DNA of 64,000 nucleotides from an uncultured Rikenellaceae bacterium (GTDB lineage Bacteria; Bacteroidota; Bacteroidia; Bacteroidales; VadinHA17): NCBI GenBank assembly GCA_964637415.1, contig CAZWUB010000003.1, forward strand, positions 269 to 64,268, given 5' to 3'. Below the pieces are notes generated by a model. It had not been told where the DNA came from. It was given only the letters and a program-made list of their open reading frames with translations, and did not search any database. The first letter of the stretch is position 1, and each line of letters opens with the position of its first letter. The translations under genes and the position numbers were made by a program. This document shows, one piece after another, positions 49,188 to 58,742 of the stretch.

Positions 49188-50894
49188 ATGAAGAAACCAA
49201 TTTTATTTCTGACCGTTATTTTTTTAATATCCGGCTGCAAAAATCACTCAGCAAATTTAAATTACGAATTAATTGAAGGCAGGAATATCATTTCCTCTCA
49301 TGGAATGGTCGTTTCTGCTCATCCCCAAAGCTCTGTTACAGGTGTAGTGATACTTCAGAATGGGGGCAATGCTGTTGATGCGGCAGTTGCTGTTGAATTT
49401 TCACTTGCAGTCTGTTATCCCGAAGCCGGAAATCTGGGCGGGGGAGGTTTTATGGTAGTAAGGAACAGCGATGGAACGAAAGATGTAATAGACTACCGCG
49501 AAAAAGCCCCGTTGGATGCAACCCGGGATATGTATCTTGATGAGAGCGGTAAAATAGTTGAAAACCTTAGTACTGAAACGCATTTGGCATCGGGTGTTCC
49601 CGGAACTGTAGATGGTATGATCAAAATACACTCGCGCTACGGTATACTCAATTTCAGGGATGTGATCCAGCCTGCCATCGAACTTGCTGAAAAAGGATTT
49701 CCCGTTACCAGAGGTCAGGCTGCTTCCCTGAACCGTGCCAGGGAATATTTTACAGGCAAAAATGCAACAGCCCCGGCTTTTGTTAAGGATGTATCATGGA
49801 AAGAAGGCGATATATTGAGGCAACCAGAACTTGCCGAAACCCTCATCAGGATAAGAGATCTCGGAAGAGACGGATTCTATTCAGGAAAAACGGCTGATCT
49901 GATAGTTAAGGAAATGAACAGAGGTAACGGGATAATAACAAAAACAGATCTCGAAAAATACTCATCGGTCTTCCGGAAACCATTGATGGCGAAATATAAA
50001 GGTTATGAACTGACAACAGTCCCCCCACCCTCCGGAGGCGGAATAACACTTATTCAGCTTCTTGGGATGGTTGAGCCGTTTCCGCTCAGGGAATTGGGAT
50101 TCCATTCAGGAAAATCAATTCACCTTATTACCGAGGCAGAGAGAAGAGCTTTTGCAGACCGGTCAGAATTCTCCGGCGATGCCGATTTTGTTAACATCCC
50201 CGTAAGGGAACTGCTTAATAAGAAATACCTGGAAGAGAGGATGAGTGATTTTGCTGAAAACAAGGCATCATCATCGGTACTGATAAAGGCGGGTGATCCT
50301 CCTGCCATGGAGAGTGAAGAAACAACTCATTATTCAGTTGTCGATAAGTACGGGAATGCTGTTGCTGCAACAACAACCCTGAATAACACCTTTGGAAGCG
50401 GAATAGTTGTTGAAGGCGCAGGATTTCTTCTGAATAACGAAATGGACGATTTCTCGGTCAAGCCAGGAGAACCAAATATATATGGACTTACCGGCGGTAC
50501 AGCCAATTCAATAGAACCGGAAAAGAGGATGCTGAGTTCCATGACACCCCTGATTGTTGAAAAAGAAGGAAAACTATTTCTTGTTGCTGGCAGCCCGGGA
50601 GGTTCAACAATCCCGACTACAGTTTTTCAGGTTCTGATAAATATGCTGGATTACAATATGAATGTATCTCAAGCCGTTGATACTGGCAGGTTCCACCATC
50701 AATGGCTTCCTGACTGGATAAGCATTGAAAAGAATAGTATTGATAGTCTGACAATTAATGAGTTGAAGCTGATGGGTCACGAACTCAGGGAGAGAACATC
50801 TATAGGGAGCGTCAATGCTGTTCATATCCTTCCCGATGGTAAACTTGAAGGCAGTGCAGACAGGAGAGGTTATAATTCAGCATGTGGTTACTAA
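49188..50894 (+). CDS. ggt: Gamma-glutamyltransferase
   Basis: Lipobox FLISGC. Reads NAVDAAVA, NLGGGGFM, autoprocessing/catalytic Thr context ESEETTHYSVVD, GSPGGSTIPT. Confidence 0.92.
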   Translation: MKKPILFLTVIFLISGCKNHSANLNYELIEGRNIISSHGMVVSAHPQSSVTGVVILQNGGNAVDAAVAVEFSLAVCYPEAGNLGGGGFMVVRNSDGTKDVIDYREKAPLDATRDMYLDESGKIVENLSTETHLASGVPGTVDGMIKIHSRYGILNFRDVIQPAIELAEKGFPVTRGQAASLNRAREYFTGKNATAPAFVKDVSWKEGDILRQPELAETLIRIRDLGRDGFYSGKTADLIVKEMNRGNGIITKTDLEKYSSVFRKPLMAKYKGYELTTVPPPSGGGITLIQLLGMVEPFPLRELGFHSGKSIHLITEAERRAFADRSEFSGDADFVNIPVRELLNKKYLEERMSDFAENKASSSVLIKAGDPPAMESEETTHYSVVDKYGNAVAATTTLNNTFGSGIVVEGAGFLLNNEMDDFSVKPGEPNIYGLTGGTANSIEPEKRMLSSMTPLIVEKEGKLFLVAGSPGGSTIPTTVFQVLINMLDYNMNVSQAVDTGRFHHQWLPDWISIEKNSIDSLTINELKLMGHELRERTSIGSVNAVHILPDGKLEGSADRRGYNSACGY

Positions 50895-51041
50895 CATTGT
50901 TAATTAAATATTTTTCACTAAATTGCTTTATTTATATCAACTTTTAAAAAAATTTAATACTTTTAACTGCTAATTTTGTGATAGTAAAAGGACTTACAAT
51001 AGTTTACTGTTTTTGAATTTCTTTCAGACCGTATTTTAGTT

Positions 51042-52199
51042 ATGAAAAAACCATTGCTAATTGTATTAATAATACTGGCAGTATTACTTATTCTGCCTGT
51101 GGTCAACCTGCTTCAATGGACATTCATGGAAAAGAAGCCCATGGATATAATTATTGTCAATAAGACAGTTCCATCCATCAACCGGGAAAAGCACAAACCT
51201 TTTAACTGGGTTCTGACAAATAACAGATTTGTCAAAAAGGATAAGAAGAATAGCTATTCATACCGGAAAGATTATTACGGATTTATACCAACCCGTCCGC
51301 TTAAGAAGAAGCTGTGGGACAGAAATGAATACAGACTTGCGGACCTGAAAGAACTTCCTGAAAAAGCTGATGCAATATACATAACTGATACTTATGGAGT
51401 ATTTTTCAATGAATGGTATCAGGCTTTTTCGCAAAGCAGGAGAACCAGAAAGATCTACGGAGGGCTGAATAATAATGATAATCTGCTTATTAAGGAAATG
51501 AAGGACAGGAATAAGCTGGTTGTTATGGAGTATAACTCATTTGATTATCCGACTGCCGAATATGAATCATTCAGGGCACAGGAACGACTTGGTATAAAGT
51601 TTAGCGGTTGGACTGGCAAGTATTTCAGTTCCCTTGATTCAACCAGCAGTGATTTTCCAATTTGGTTGACTACCATGTACAGAAAGCAGTACCAGAAACC
51701 ATGGACGTTTAAGAAAGCAGGAATTGTTTTACTTCAGGAACGGGCAATAATTGTTCTGGAAGAGGGTACACACCTTGTGAAACCTATGCCGGATATTGTC
51801 ACCGGGCAATCTGCAGCAGCCACATGGATGCTTCCTGAAATAATTTCATTCGACCAGTGGTTTGATATAATCGATCCTATGGCTAATAATGTCATTTCTA
51901 AATTTGTAATCTCAACAACAAGTAAAGGTGATTCATTGCTTTCGGAAAACTCACTTCTCAAGGAATTTCCCGCAGTTATTCAGGAACCATTGGAAAAAAG
52001 AACATATTATTTCTCAGGCGATTTTGCTAACAGCAATATACCTTACTGTACAGCCCGGTTCAAGGGTCTTGAAAAAATGAAGAAATTGCTTTATTCCAAT
52101 AAACCGGATGATCCGAGAAGATTTTTCTGGCTCTATTACAAGCCCCTGATTAAAGGCATTTTTACCGACTATTATAATTCGATGAAATCAGCAGGATAA
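51042..52199 (+). CDS. Hypothetical membrane-anchored protein (385 aa)
   Basis: A single N-terminal TM (LLIVLIILAVLLILPVV), then a soluble domain with no motif I recognise. Confidence 0.55.
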   Translation: MKKPLLIVLIILAVLLILPVVNLLQWTFMEKKPMDIIIVNKTVPSINREKHKPFNWVLTNNRFVKKDKKNSYSYRKDYYGFIPTRPLKKKLWDRNEYRLADLKELPEKADAIYITDTYGVFFNEWYQAFSQSRRTRKIYGGLNNNDNLLIKEMKDRNKLVVMEYNSFDYPTAEYESFRAQERLGIKFSGWTGKYFSSLDSTSSDFPIWLTTMYRKQYQKPWTFKKAGIVLLQERAIIVLEEGTHLVKPMPDIVTGQSAAATWMLPEIISFDQWFDIIDPMANNVISKFVISTTSKGDSLLSENSLLKEFPAVIQEPLEKRTYYFSGDFANSNIPYCTARFKGLEKMKKLLYSNKPDDPRRFFWLYYKPLIKGIFTDYYNSMKSAG

Positions 52200-52250
52200 G
52201 CTGAAAAAGATTAAAAATAATAAAGAGACTATCTCAAAAGTCCTGATCTA

Positions 52251-52267
52251 CCCCCCAACAAGGGGGG
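52251..52267. repeat. GC hairpin CCCCCC-aacaa-GGGGGG
   Basis: Read directly. Lies 52 nt after the stop of the 51042..52199 gene. Confidence 0.8.
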
Positions 52268-52296
52268 CTTTGTAAAAGTGTCAGTAGTTTAATAAG

Positions 52297-52343
52297 TCCC
52301 ACCCTTCGCCTTCGCGAAGCCGCTTCGGCGAAGCAGGGTGGGA
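52297..52343. repeat. Compound GC-rich hairpin (TCCCACCCT-TCGCC ... GGCGA-agc-AGGGTGGGA) with competing inner palindromes
   Basis: The outer 9-bp and 5-bp stems are verified base by base. The inner cttcgcgaag palindrome competes with gaagc/gcttc. A T8 run follows at 52387..52394. Confidence 0.75.
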
Positions 52344-52409
52344 GATTTAGGGGTAAACTATAAAAGGAGGGTTTTGAGACAGCCTCTTTTTTTTGTAAAC
52401 CGACTTTAG

Positions 52410-53180
52410 ATGAAACTATCAATAATCCAGCCTGATACAAAATGGGAAGATAAAAACGCCAATTTCAGTATCCTCGATAAAATGATATCTGAACTTGACA
52501 GCGATACAGACCTCATAATCCTCCCTGAGATGTTTAATACCGGATTCTCCATGGATACCGGAAAGCTTAGTGAATTGACGGGCGGTGAAACTTATGACTG
52601 GATGAAAAGCATATCGGAGAAACGATTGTGCGCTATCTGCGGAAGCTATATTGTCCGGTCGGGCAGGAACTTTTATAACCGGTGGGTTTTCGTAGCTGAT
52701 GACGGTAAATCGTGTTATTACGATAAACGCCATCTTTTCAGTATGGGGGGCGAGCAATTGAATTTCTGCCCGGGTAAAAAACGTATTACATTCAGCTTCA
52801 GAGGTGTAAAGATCTTTCCGGAAGTATGTTATGATTTAAGGTTTCCTGTATGGAGCTATAACACAAACAACTATGACCTGTTAATCAATACAGCTAACTG
52901 GCCTGAACCAAGGAGAGATGTCGGGATGACTCTTCTCAGAGCAAGGGCACTCGAAAATCAATGCTATGTTGCCGGGGCAAACAGGGTAGGGAAGGACGGT
53001 TTGGGAATTTCATATACCGGAGATTCTCTTATTGTCAACCCCCGTGGAGAAACACTGGCATTCGCGGAAAAGAATAAGGAGTGCTCATTAACTGCTGAAA
53101 TATCAATTCCTGAATTAAAGAAATTCCGGAAAATTTTCCCTGTTCTCAAAGATAAAGATAAGTTCAGGCTCGTTCTTTGA
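52410..53180 (+). CDS. Carbon-nitrogen hydrolase (nitrilase superfamily, omega-amidase YafV-like)
   Basis: The Glu-Lys-Cys triad contexts are LPEMFNTGF, YDKRHLF and EVCYDLRFP. 256 aa. Confidence 0.8.
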   Translation: MKLSIIQPDTKWEDKNANFSILDKMISELDSDTDLIILPEMFNTGFSMDTGKLSELTGGETYDWMKSISEKRLCAICGSYIVRSGRNFYNRWVFVADDGKSCYYDKRHLFSMGGEQLNFCPGKKRITFSFRGVKIFPEVCYDLRFPVWSYNTNNYDLLINTANWPEPRRDVGMTLLRARALENQCYVAGANRVGKDGLGISYTGDSLIVNPRGETLAFAEKNKECSLTAEISIPELKKFRKIFPVLKDKDKFRLVL

Positions 53181-53205
53181 TCTTTGATCCCAAATCCATT
53201 TTCCC

Positions 53206-53239
53206 CTGTGCCCTGAGCTCTGTGCCCTGAGCCCTGAGC
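53206..53239. repeat. Short tandem repeat CTGTGCCCTGAGC x2 plus CCTGAGC (GCCCTGA heptamers)
   Basis: Read directly. Lies 26 nt after the nitrilase-family stop. TGA is present in each GCCCTGA unit on the plus strand, and there are no stops on the minus strand. Confidence 0.8.
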
Positions 53240-53246
53240 ATAAAAT

Positions 53247-53275
53247 ACCCACCCCTTGCCTCCCGCTGCGCGGGA
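53247..53275. repeat. C-rich box ACCCACCCC-TTG-CCTCCCG plus hairpin TCCCGC-tgc-GCGGGA
   Basis: It shares ACCCACCCC, a 3-nt spacer and CCTCCCG with 43688..43708. Confidence 0.75.
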
Positions 53276-53313
53276 CAAGCTCTCCCAAGAGGGGATTCTA
53301 TGCTCGTCACTTA

Positions 53314-53348
53314 CACCTCACACCTCATGCCTCATCTCTCATGCCTCA
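53314..53348. repeat. Heptamer array (CACCTCA, CACCTCA, TGCCTCA, TCTCTCA, TGCCTCA)
   Basis: On the minus strand every unit starts with TGA. The stop codon of the FAD/Fe-S oxidoreductase (complement 53339..41) is the TGA of unit 4, and unit 5 lies inside the CDS. Confidence 0.85.
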
Positions 53349-56290
53349 TCCCTTCCTCTCAACGCCCTGTACAAGATCTCTGCAGGATGGAGCGCTATCT
53401 TTCCTGTACCATCTTTAATATGATGTCGGCAACTTGTCCCGGGAGCTGCTATAATTACATCATCTTCAGCTGCCCTGACTTCTGGAAACAGGATCATTTC
53501 ACCGATTTTGGTGGCAAGTTCATAATGTTCTTTTTCATAACCGAATGATCCTGCCATGCCACAGCAACCTGAAGGTATTTCCCTGACATTATAATTCTTT
53601 GGTATTGAGAGTATTTCAATCGTATATGAAGAAGACGATACGGCTTTTTGCTGACAATGCGCATGCAGAAGAATGTCCGATTTTGTGTCAGCGAATGAAT
53701 CACTTGTTATTCTTCCTGCCCTGTATTCGCGTGAAATAAACTCGTCAACCATAAAGCTGTTACCTGCAATCCTCACGGATTCTTCTTTAAGATCCGAATC
53801 CACAAGTTCGGGATATTCATCCCTGAAACCCAGAATGGCAGAGGGTTCTATTCCGATCAGAGGCAAACTCTCACTGACGACTGCTGACAGCCTTTTAATA
53901 TTGTCACCGGCTATCTTCTTAGCAGTTCTGATGAAACCTTTTGAGAGATATGTCCTGGCACTTTCCCCATGCTTTACAGTTATAACCTGATACCCGAGTT
54001 TTGTGAGGAGAAGTACGGTCGAAATACCTGTTGATGTATCATTGAAATTAGTGAATTCATCGATAAACAGACATACTTTTCCCTTCGGTTCAGGCGGATT
54101 AATCAGCCTGAGATTCCTGGCTGCCCAGTTTCTCAGGGTGAACTTATACAACACCGGTATAGATCTTTTCGCTGCTATTCCGATAACTTTCTTGAACAGC
54201 CCGGAGGTCACCTTATTTCTTACAAAGAAATTGAATATGGGAGGTGCAACCGATCCTATTCTGTTGATTGTTGTTATATATGCGACCAATATTGTACGAA
54301 GGGGAATCCTGTGGTTATCATGCCAGTGTTGCAGAAATTCTGCTTTAAGTTTTGCTATATCCACACCCGATGGACACTCCGATTTGCATCCCTTGCAGGA
54401 AAGGCAAAGTTCAAGGATTTCATAGATCTCCCTGTGATCCCAGGGATTTGATTCATCTTTACCCAGGAATTCCCTGAGAATGTTGGCTCTTGCTCTGGTA
54501 CAGTCCTTCTCTTCGCCGGTAGCCATGAAAGACGGGCACATTGTTCCTCCGATTTCTTTCGTCTTACGGCAATCGCCTGAGCCATTGCATTTTTCAGCTG
54601 CTCTTAGTATTCCTTCCGTTGATGAGAAATCAAATATTGTTTGTATTTCAGGTATTTTTTCCCCGGGAATATACCTCAGGAAGGTATTCATCGGAGGTGT
54701 ATCAGTTATTTTCCCCGGGTTGAGAAGGTTGTGCGGATCCCAAATCTTTTTTAATTCTTTAAGCAGATTATAATTATGTTCACCGATCACCAGCGGAATA
54801 AATTCTCCCCTCAGCCTTCCGTCTCCATGTTCTCCGCTCATCGACCCCCTGTATTTTTTTACAAGCTTCGCAGTTTCAAAACCCAGGGTCCTGAAAAGTT
54901 CTGCATCAGCAGGATCTTTGAGGTTCAGAACAGGTCTGATATGCAATTCACCCGTACCGATATGGGCATGATAAACTACATCCTTGTCATATCTGGCCAG
55001 CATTTCCTCAAAATCCTCTATATAACGGGGTAAATGCTCAACGTTTACGGCAGTATCTTCAATAAGTGAAACCGGTTTAGGATCTCCTTTCATATTGGCA
55101 AGCACTCCAAGTCCCGCTTTCCTCAGCGCCCATACCTTTGCTATGTCCCTGCCTCTGACAACAGGATATGCATAACCGTAAGGTATTGACCTCAGATCGT
55201 TTATCATATCCGAAATGACCGATTCCAGCTCCTCAGGGCTTTCTCTCTCAAATTCAACAATAACTATCGATTCAGGCCTGCCATCAAGGAAGAACCTGTT
55301 TCCCCTCTGACTTATATTATTCTCTGTCAGATCAAGGATCCTGTCATCCATCATTTCCACTGCTGACGGTTTATATTTCAGGGCGACAAGATTTGTCAGG
55401 AAGGCATCATTTCTTTTCTTCAGATGAATGCAGACAAGGGCCTTATGAGGTGGCGGCAGTTTGACAAGGTTGAGCTTTATTTCCGTAACAATGGCAAGGG
55501 TCCCTTCAGATCCTGCGATCAGATCACAGAAATTAAAAGGTCTGTGTGAGTCTTTATTGAACACAACACTGTCGAGGAGGAGATCCAGTGCATAACCGGT
55601 ATTCCGCCTGGGTATCTTCGGATCAGGATACCCGTTTATAATCTGCTCCCTGTTTTCGGGATTTTCAAGCATTTCATTTATAGACCTGTAAAGATCTCCT
55701 TCAAGACCGGGAAGCAGGCATTTCTTATCAAAGGATTCCTTTTCAATGGGACCGAAAACGGCTATACTGCCATCGCTGAGGACTGTTTTGAGTTCCAGTG
55801 TATGATCTCTGGTGGAACCGTAAATAAGCGAATGGGAACCGCAGGCATTATTTCCTACCATTCCACCAATATTGCATCGGTTTGAGGTTGATGTTTCGGG
55901 TCCGAAGAATAATCCTTTCTCCTTCAAAACCATATTCAGTTCATCAAGTACAACACCGGGTTCAACCCTGACCCACATCTCCTTCTCATTTATTTCCAGT
56001 ATATTTTTCATATACCTTGAGATGTCTGCAATTATACCTGAGCTTACAACCTGACCGGCCAGGGATGTCCCTGCAGCTCTCATTGTTACAGCGATTTTTT
56101 CGCGGGATGCAAAAGCAAGAATTTTCCTGATGTCCGATTCGTTCTTTGGCCATGCAACAGCAAGCGGAACCTCCCTGTAAACAGAAGCATCAGTCGAATA
56201 GATTGTTTTTGTTATTATATCCCGTTTCAGATCGCCGTCGAGACTGCTCCCGAGTGTATCAAGTCCTGATAATAAAGTATCGTTTTCCAT
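53339..56290 (-). CDS. Large FAD-binding (GlcD-like) plus 4Fe-4S / CCG-domain oxidoreductase (YdiJ-like 2-hydroxyacid dehydrogenase type)
   Basis: The ORF extends to a TTG at 56476. ATG at complement(56288..90) gives MENDTLLSGLD. FAD domain VTMRAAGTSLAGQ, ferredoxin motifs CNGSGDCRKT..CPS and CLSCKGCKSECPSG, and C-terminal CCG-type HCQQKA / SGCCGMAGSFG. Confidence 0.8.
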   Translation of the reverse strand: MENDTLLSGLDTLGSSLDGDLKRDIITKTIYSTDASVYREVPLAVAWPKNESDIRKILAFASREKIAVTMRAAGTSLAGQVVSSGIIADISRYMKNILEINEKEMWVRVEPGVVLDELNMVLKEKGLFFGPETSTSNRCNIGGMVGNNACGSHSLIYGSTRDHTLELKTVLSDGSIAVFGPIEKESFDKKCLLPGLEGDLYRSINEMLENPENREQIINGYPDPKIPRRNTGYALDLLLDSVVFNKDSHRPFNFCDLIAGSEGTLAIVTEIKLNLVKLPPPHKALVCIHLKKRNDAFLTNLVALKYKPSAVEMMDDRILDLTENNISQRGNRFFLDGRPESIVIVEFERESPEELESVISDMINDLRSIPYGYAYPVVRGRDIAKVWALRKAGLGVLANMKGDPKPVSLIEDTAVNVEHLPRYIEDFEEMLARYDKDVVYHAHIGTGELHIRPVLNLKDPADAELFRTLGFETAKLVKKYRGSMSGEHGDGRLRGEFIPLVIGEHNYNLLKELKKIWDPHNLLNPGKITDTPPMNTFLRYIPGEKIPEIQTIFDFSSTEGILRAAEKCNGSGDCRKTKEIGGTMCPSFMATGEEKDCTRARANILREFLGKDESNPWDHREIYEILELCLSCKGCKSECPSGVDIAKLKAEFLQHWHDNHRIPLRTILVAYITTINRIGSVAPPIFNFFVRNKVTSGLFKKVIGIAAKRSIPVLYKFTLRNWAARNLRLINPPEPKGKVCLFIDEFTNFNDTSTGISTVLLLTKLGYQVITVKHGESARTYLSKGFIRTAKKIAGDNIKRLSAVVSESLPLIGIEPSAILGFRDEYPELVDSDLKEESVRIAGNSFMVDEFISREYRAGRITSDSFADTKSDILLHAHCQQKAVSSSSYTIEILSIPKNYNVREIPSGCCGMAGSFGYEKEHYELATKIGEMILFPEVRAAEDDVIIAAPGTSCRHHIKDGTGKIALHPAEILYRALRGRDEA

Positions 56291-56475
56291 ATTTGTTTTT
56301 AGCGCTGCTAATTTAGAAAAATGATTTGATCGTGTTTTTAATAAGAAGTTTAATATGATTTTTTTTTGAAAAGTTAAAAGCCTGACAATAATCATATATG
56401 ACAAAATTGCATATTCACACTTTTTTTCCTTACATTTAGGACCTGTTTTAGAAGTAATTAATTTATTGATATACA

Positions 56476-57477
56476 ATGGACTTATTGGATAGCATCAAAG
56501 AGAAAGCCAGGAAACATAACAAACGGATAGTGCTTCCTGAGGGATATGAAGAAAGAACAATTAAGGCAGCAGATATTGCAATATCTGAAGGGCTGGCACA
56601 GATAATTTTGTTGGGTGATCCGGAGGAAATGAAGGCACATGCTGAAAAACTCGGTTTGAAAAATATATCAAGGGCCACTATGGTAGACCCCAGGTCAAAT
56701 CCCATGAAAGACCATTACACAGATATAATGGTAGAGTTGAGGAAGAATAAAGGCATGACCAAAGAAGAGGCATTAAGGCTTATTGAGGATCCGCTTTACC
56801 TGGGAGTACTTATGATAAAGAACGGAGATGCTGATGGTGAGGTATCCGGTGCCGATCACTCAACAGGTGATGTTCTGCGTCCGGCTTTCCAATATGTAAA
56901 GACTGCACCAGGTATATCTGTGGTGTCGGGCGCGTTCATAATGATTCTTCCCGATAAGAGTTTTGGTGAAAACGGAGTGATAATTTTTGCAGATGGAGCT
57001 GTGCATCCCAACCCTACTGATAAGGAACTTGCAGAAATTGCAATTGCATCGGCCAGCACTGCACGAACCCTTGGTGGTTTCGAACCCAAAGTTGCACTTC
57101 TTAGCTTTTCCACAAAGGGCAGTGCAAAGCACGAACTTGTTGATAAAGTTATAAGTGCAACCAGAATTGCACAGCAGATGGCTCCGGATCTTATACTGGA
57201 TGGCGAACTGCAGGGCGATGCAGCTCTTGTGGAAGCAATAGGAATAAAAAAGGCCCCGGGAAGCAAAATTGCAGGTAAGGCCAATGTACTTGTATTCCCT
57301 GACCTCAACTGCGGAAATATTGCATATAAACTGGTACAAAGACTCGCTCACGCCGAAGCTATAGGCCCTATCCTCCAGGGTATGGCTGCACCTATAAATG
57401 ATCTGTCACGCGGCTGCTCGGTCAGCGATATAGTAAGTATGATAGCAATCACAGCAAACCAGGCTGCAGGAAAATAA
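56476..57477 (+). CDS. pta: Phosphate acetyltransferase (short, PTA_PTB-only type)
   Basis: Reads RIVLPEGYEERTIKAA, GDADGEVSGADHSTGDVLRPA, NVLVFPDLNCGNIAYK. 333 aa. Confidence 0.9.
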   Translation: MDLLDSIKEKARKHNKRIVLPEGYEERTIKAADIAISEGLAQIILLGDPEEMKAHAEKLGLKNISRATMVDPRSNPMKDHYTDIMVELRKNKGMTKEEALRLIEDPLYLGVLMIKNGDADGEVSGADHSTGDVLRPAFQYVKTAPGISVVSGAFIMILPDKSFGENGVIIFADGAVHPNPTDKELAEIAIASASTARTLGGFEPKVALLSFSTKGSAKHELVDKVISATRIAQQMAPDLILDGELQGDAALVEAIGIKKAPGSKIAGKANVLVFPDLNCGNIAYKLVQRLAHAEAIGPILQGMAAPINDLSRGCSVSDIVSMIAITANQAAGK

Positions 57478-57505
57478 TTTCAGAATTTAAATCACAGATC
57501 TTACA

Positions 57506-58717
57506 ATGATAATTTTAGTCTTAAATTGCGGCAGTTCTTCAATTAAATACCAGCTATTCAAAATGTCATCCGGTACCGGGATGCTCGCCAAAGGCCTTCT
57601 GGAACGGATAGGTCTGAATGAAAGTATACTTACTCACAAACCCACCGGTAAAGATCCTTATAAGGTAATAACTGATATTCCTGACCATACTACAGGTATT
57701 AATATGGTGATGGAAGTTCTTTGTCATCCCCGGCATGGAGTGATAAAAAATATTAATGAGATAAAGGCAGTAGGACACAGGGTAGTTAACGGAGGTGAGA
57801 ATTATAAGGAAAGCGTCCTTGTTGATAACGATGTCAAAAAGATTATAGAAGATTGCATAGAACTTGCTCCACTTCATAATCCGGCAAATCTTAAAGGCAT
57901 ACTTTCAGTTGAGAAACTTATCCCTGGTGTTCCTCAGGTAGCTGTATTTGATACATCTTTCCATCAGACAATGCCTGATTATGCATATATGTATGCAATT
58001 CCGTACGAATATTATGAGAAATACAAAATAAGAAAATACGGCTATCATGGTACAAGCCATAAGTTTGTGGCACAGAAAGCTGCAGGGATTCTTGGCAAGG
58101 ACTATAATAAGATTAAGATCATAACCTGCCATCTTGGTAATGGAGCTTCAATAACTGCTGTTAATAAAGGACAATCAATAGATACCTCAATGGGATTCAC
58201 TCCTGTCGATGGTCTGATTATGGGTACAAGGACCGGTGAAGTCGATCCGGGTGTTTTGGTATATATTGCAGATAAAGAACATCTTAATGTTACCGGGGTG
58301 AGCAATATGATAAACAAGAAAAGTGGTGTTTTCGGGATCTCGCAGATATCTTCGGATATGAGAGACCTTGAGACTGCAGCTGACGCAGGTAACAAAAAGG
58401 CAATTCTCGCACTTAAAATGTATGCATATAAGGTGAAGAAGTTTATCGGATCATATATTGCTGCGATGAATGGGGTTGATGTTATTGTGTTTACAGGCGG
58501 GATTGGTGAGAATGATTTCAAGATGAGGAAGATGATCTGCTCTGATATGGAAAATATGGGTATTCTTTTCGATGATGGGGTGAATAACGGAAGTATGGGG
58601 AAAGATATAATAATTTCAAGACCTGATTCAAAAGTTACGGTAATTGCTGTTACGACAGATGAGGAGCTTGTAATAGCATCGGATACGAGGACGATAGTGG
58701 AGCAGCAGACCGTTTGA
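57506..58717 (+). CDS. ackA: Acetate kinase
   Basis: Reads ILVLNCGSSSIKYQLF, VGHRVVNGG, YGYHGTSH, HLGNGASI, FTGGIGEN. Confidence 0.95.
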   Translation: MIILVLNCGSSSIKYQLFKMSSGTGMLAKGLLERIGLNESILTHKPTGKDPYKVITDIPDHTTGINMVMEVLCHPRHGVIKNINEIKAVGHRVVNGGENYKESVLVDNDVKKIIEDCIELAPLHNPANLKGILSVEKLIPGVPQVAVFDTSFHQTMPDYAYMYAIPYEYYEKYKIRKYGYHGTSHKFVAQKAAGILGKDYNKIKIITCHLGNGASITAVNKGQSIDTSMGFTPVDGLIMGTRTGEVDPGVLVYIADKEHLNVTGVSNMINKKSGVFGISQISSDMRDLETAADAGNKKAILALKMYAYKVKKFIGSYIAAMNGVDVIVFTGGIGENDFKMRKMICSDMENMGILFDDGVNNGSMGKDIIISRPDSKVTVIAVTTDEELVIASDTRTIVEQQTV

Positions 58718-58742
58718 TCTGTCAAACCAAGCACTTAAATAA

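Noticed and set aside
52234-53548. ORFs 52234..52440(-), 52964..53278(-) and 53300..53548(+) lying over the GC-rich intergenic modules
   Set aside because: They exist only because the repeat arrays lack stop codons on one strand. They overlap confidently called genes and have repeat-derived, low-complexity sequences.
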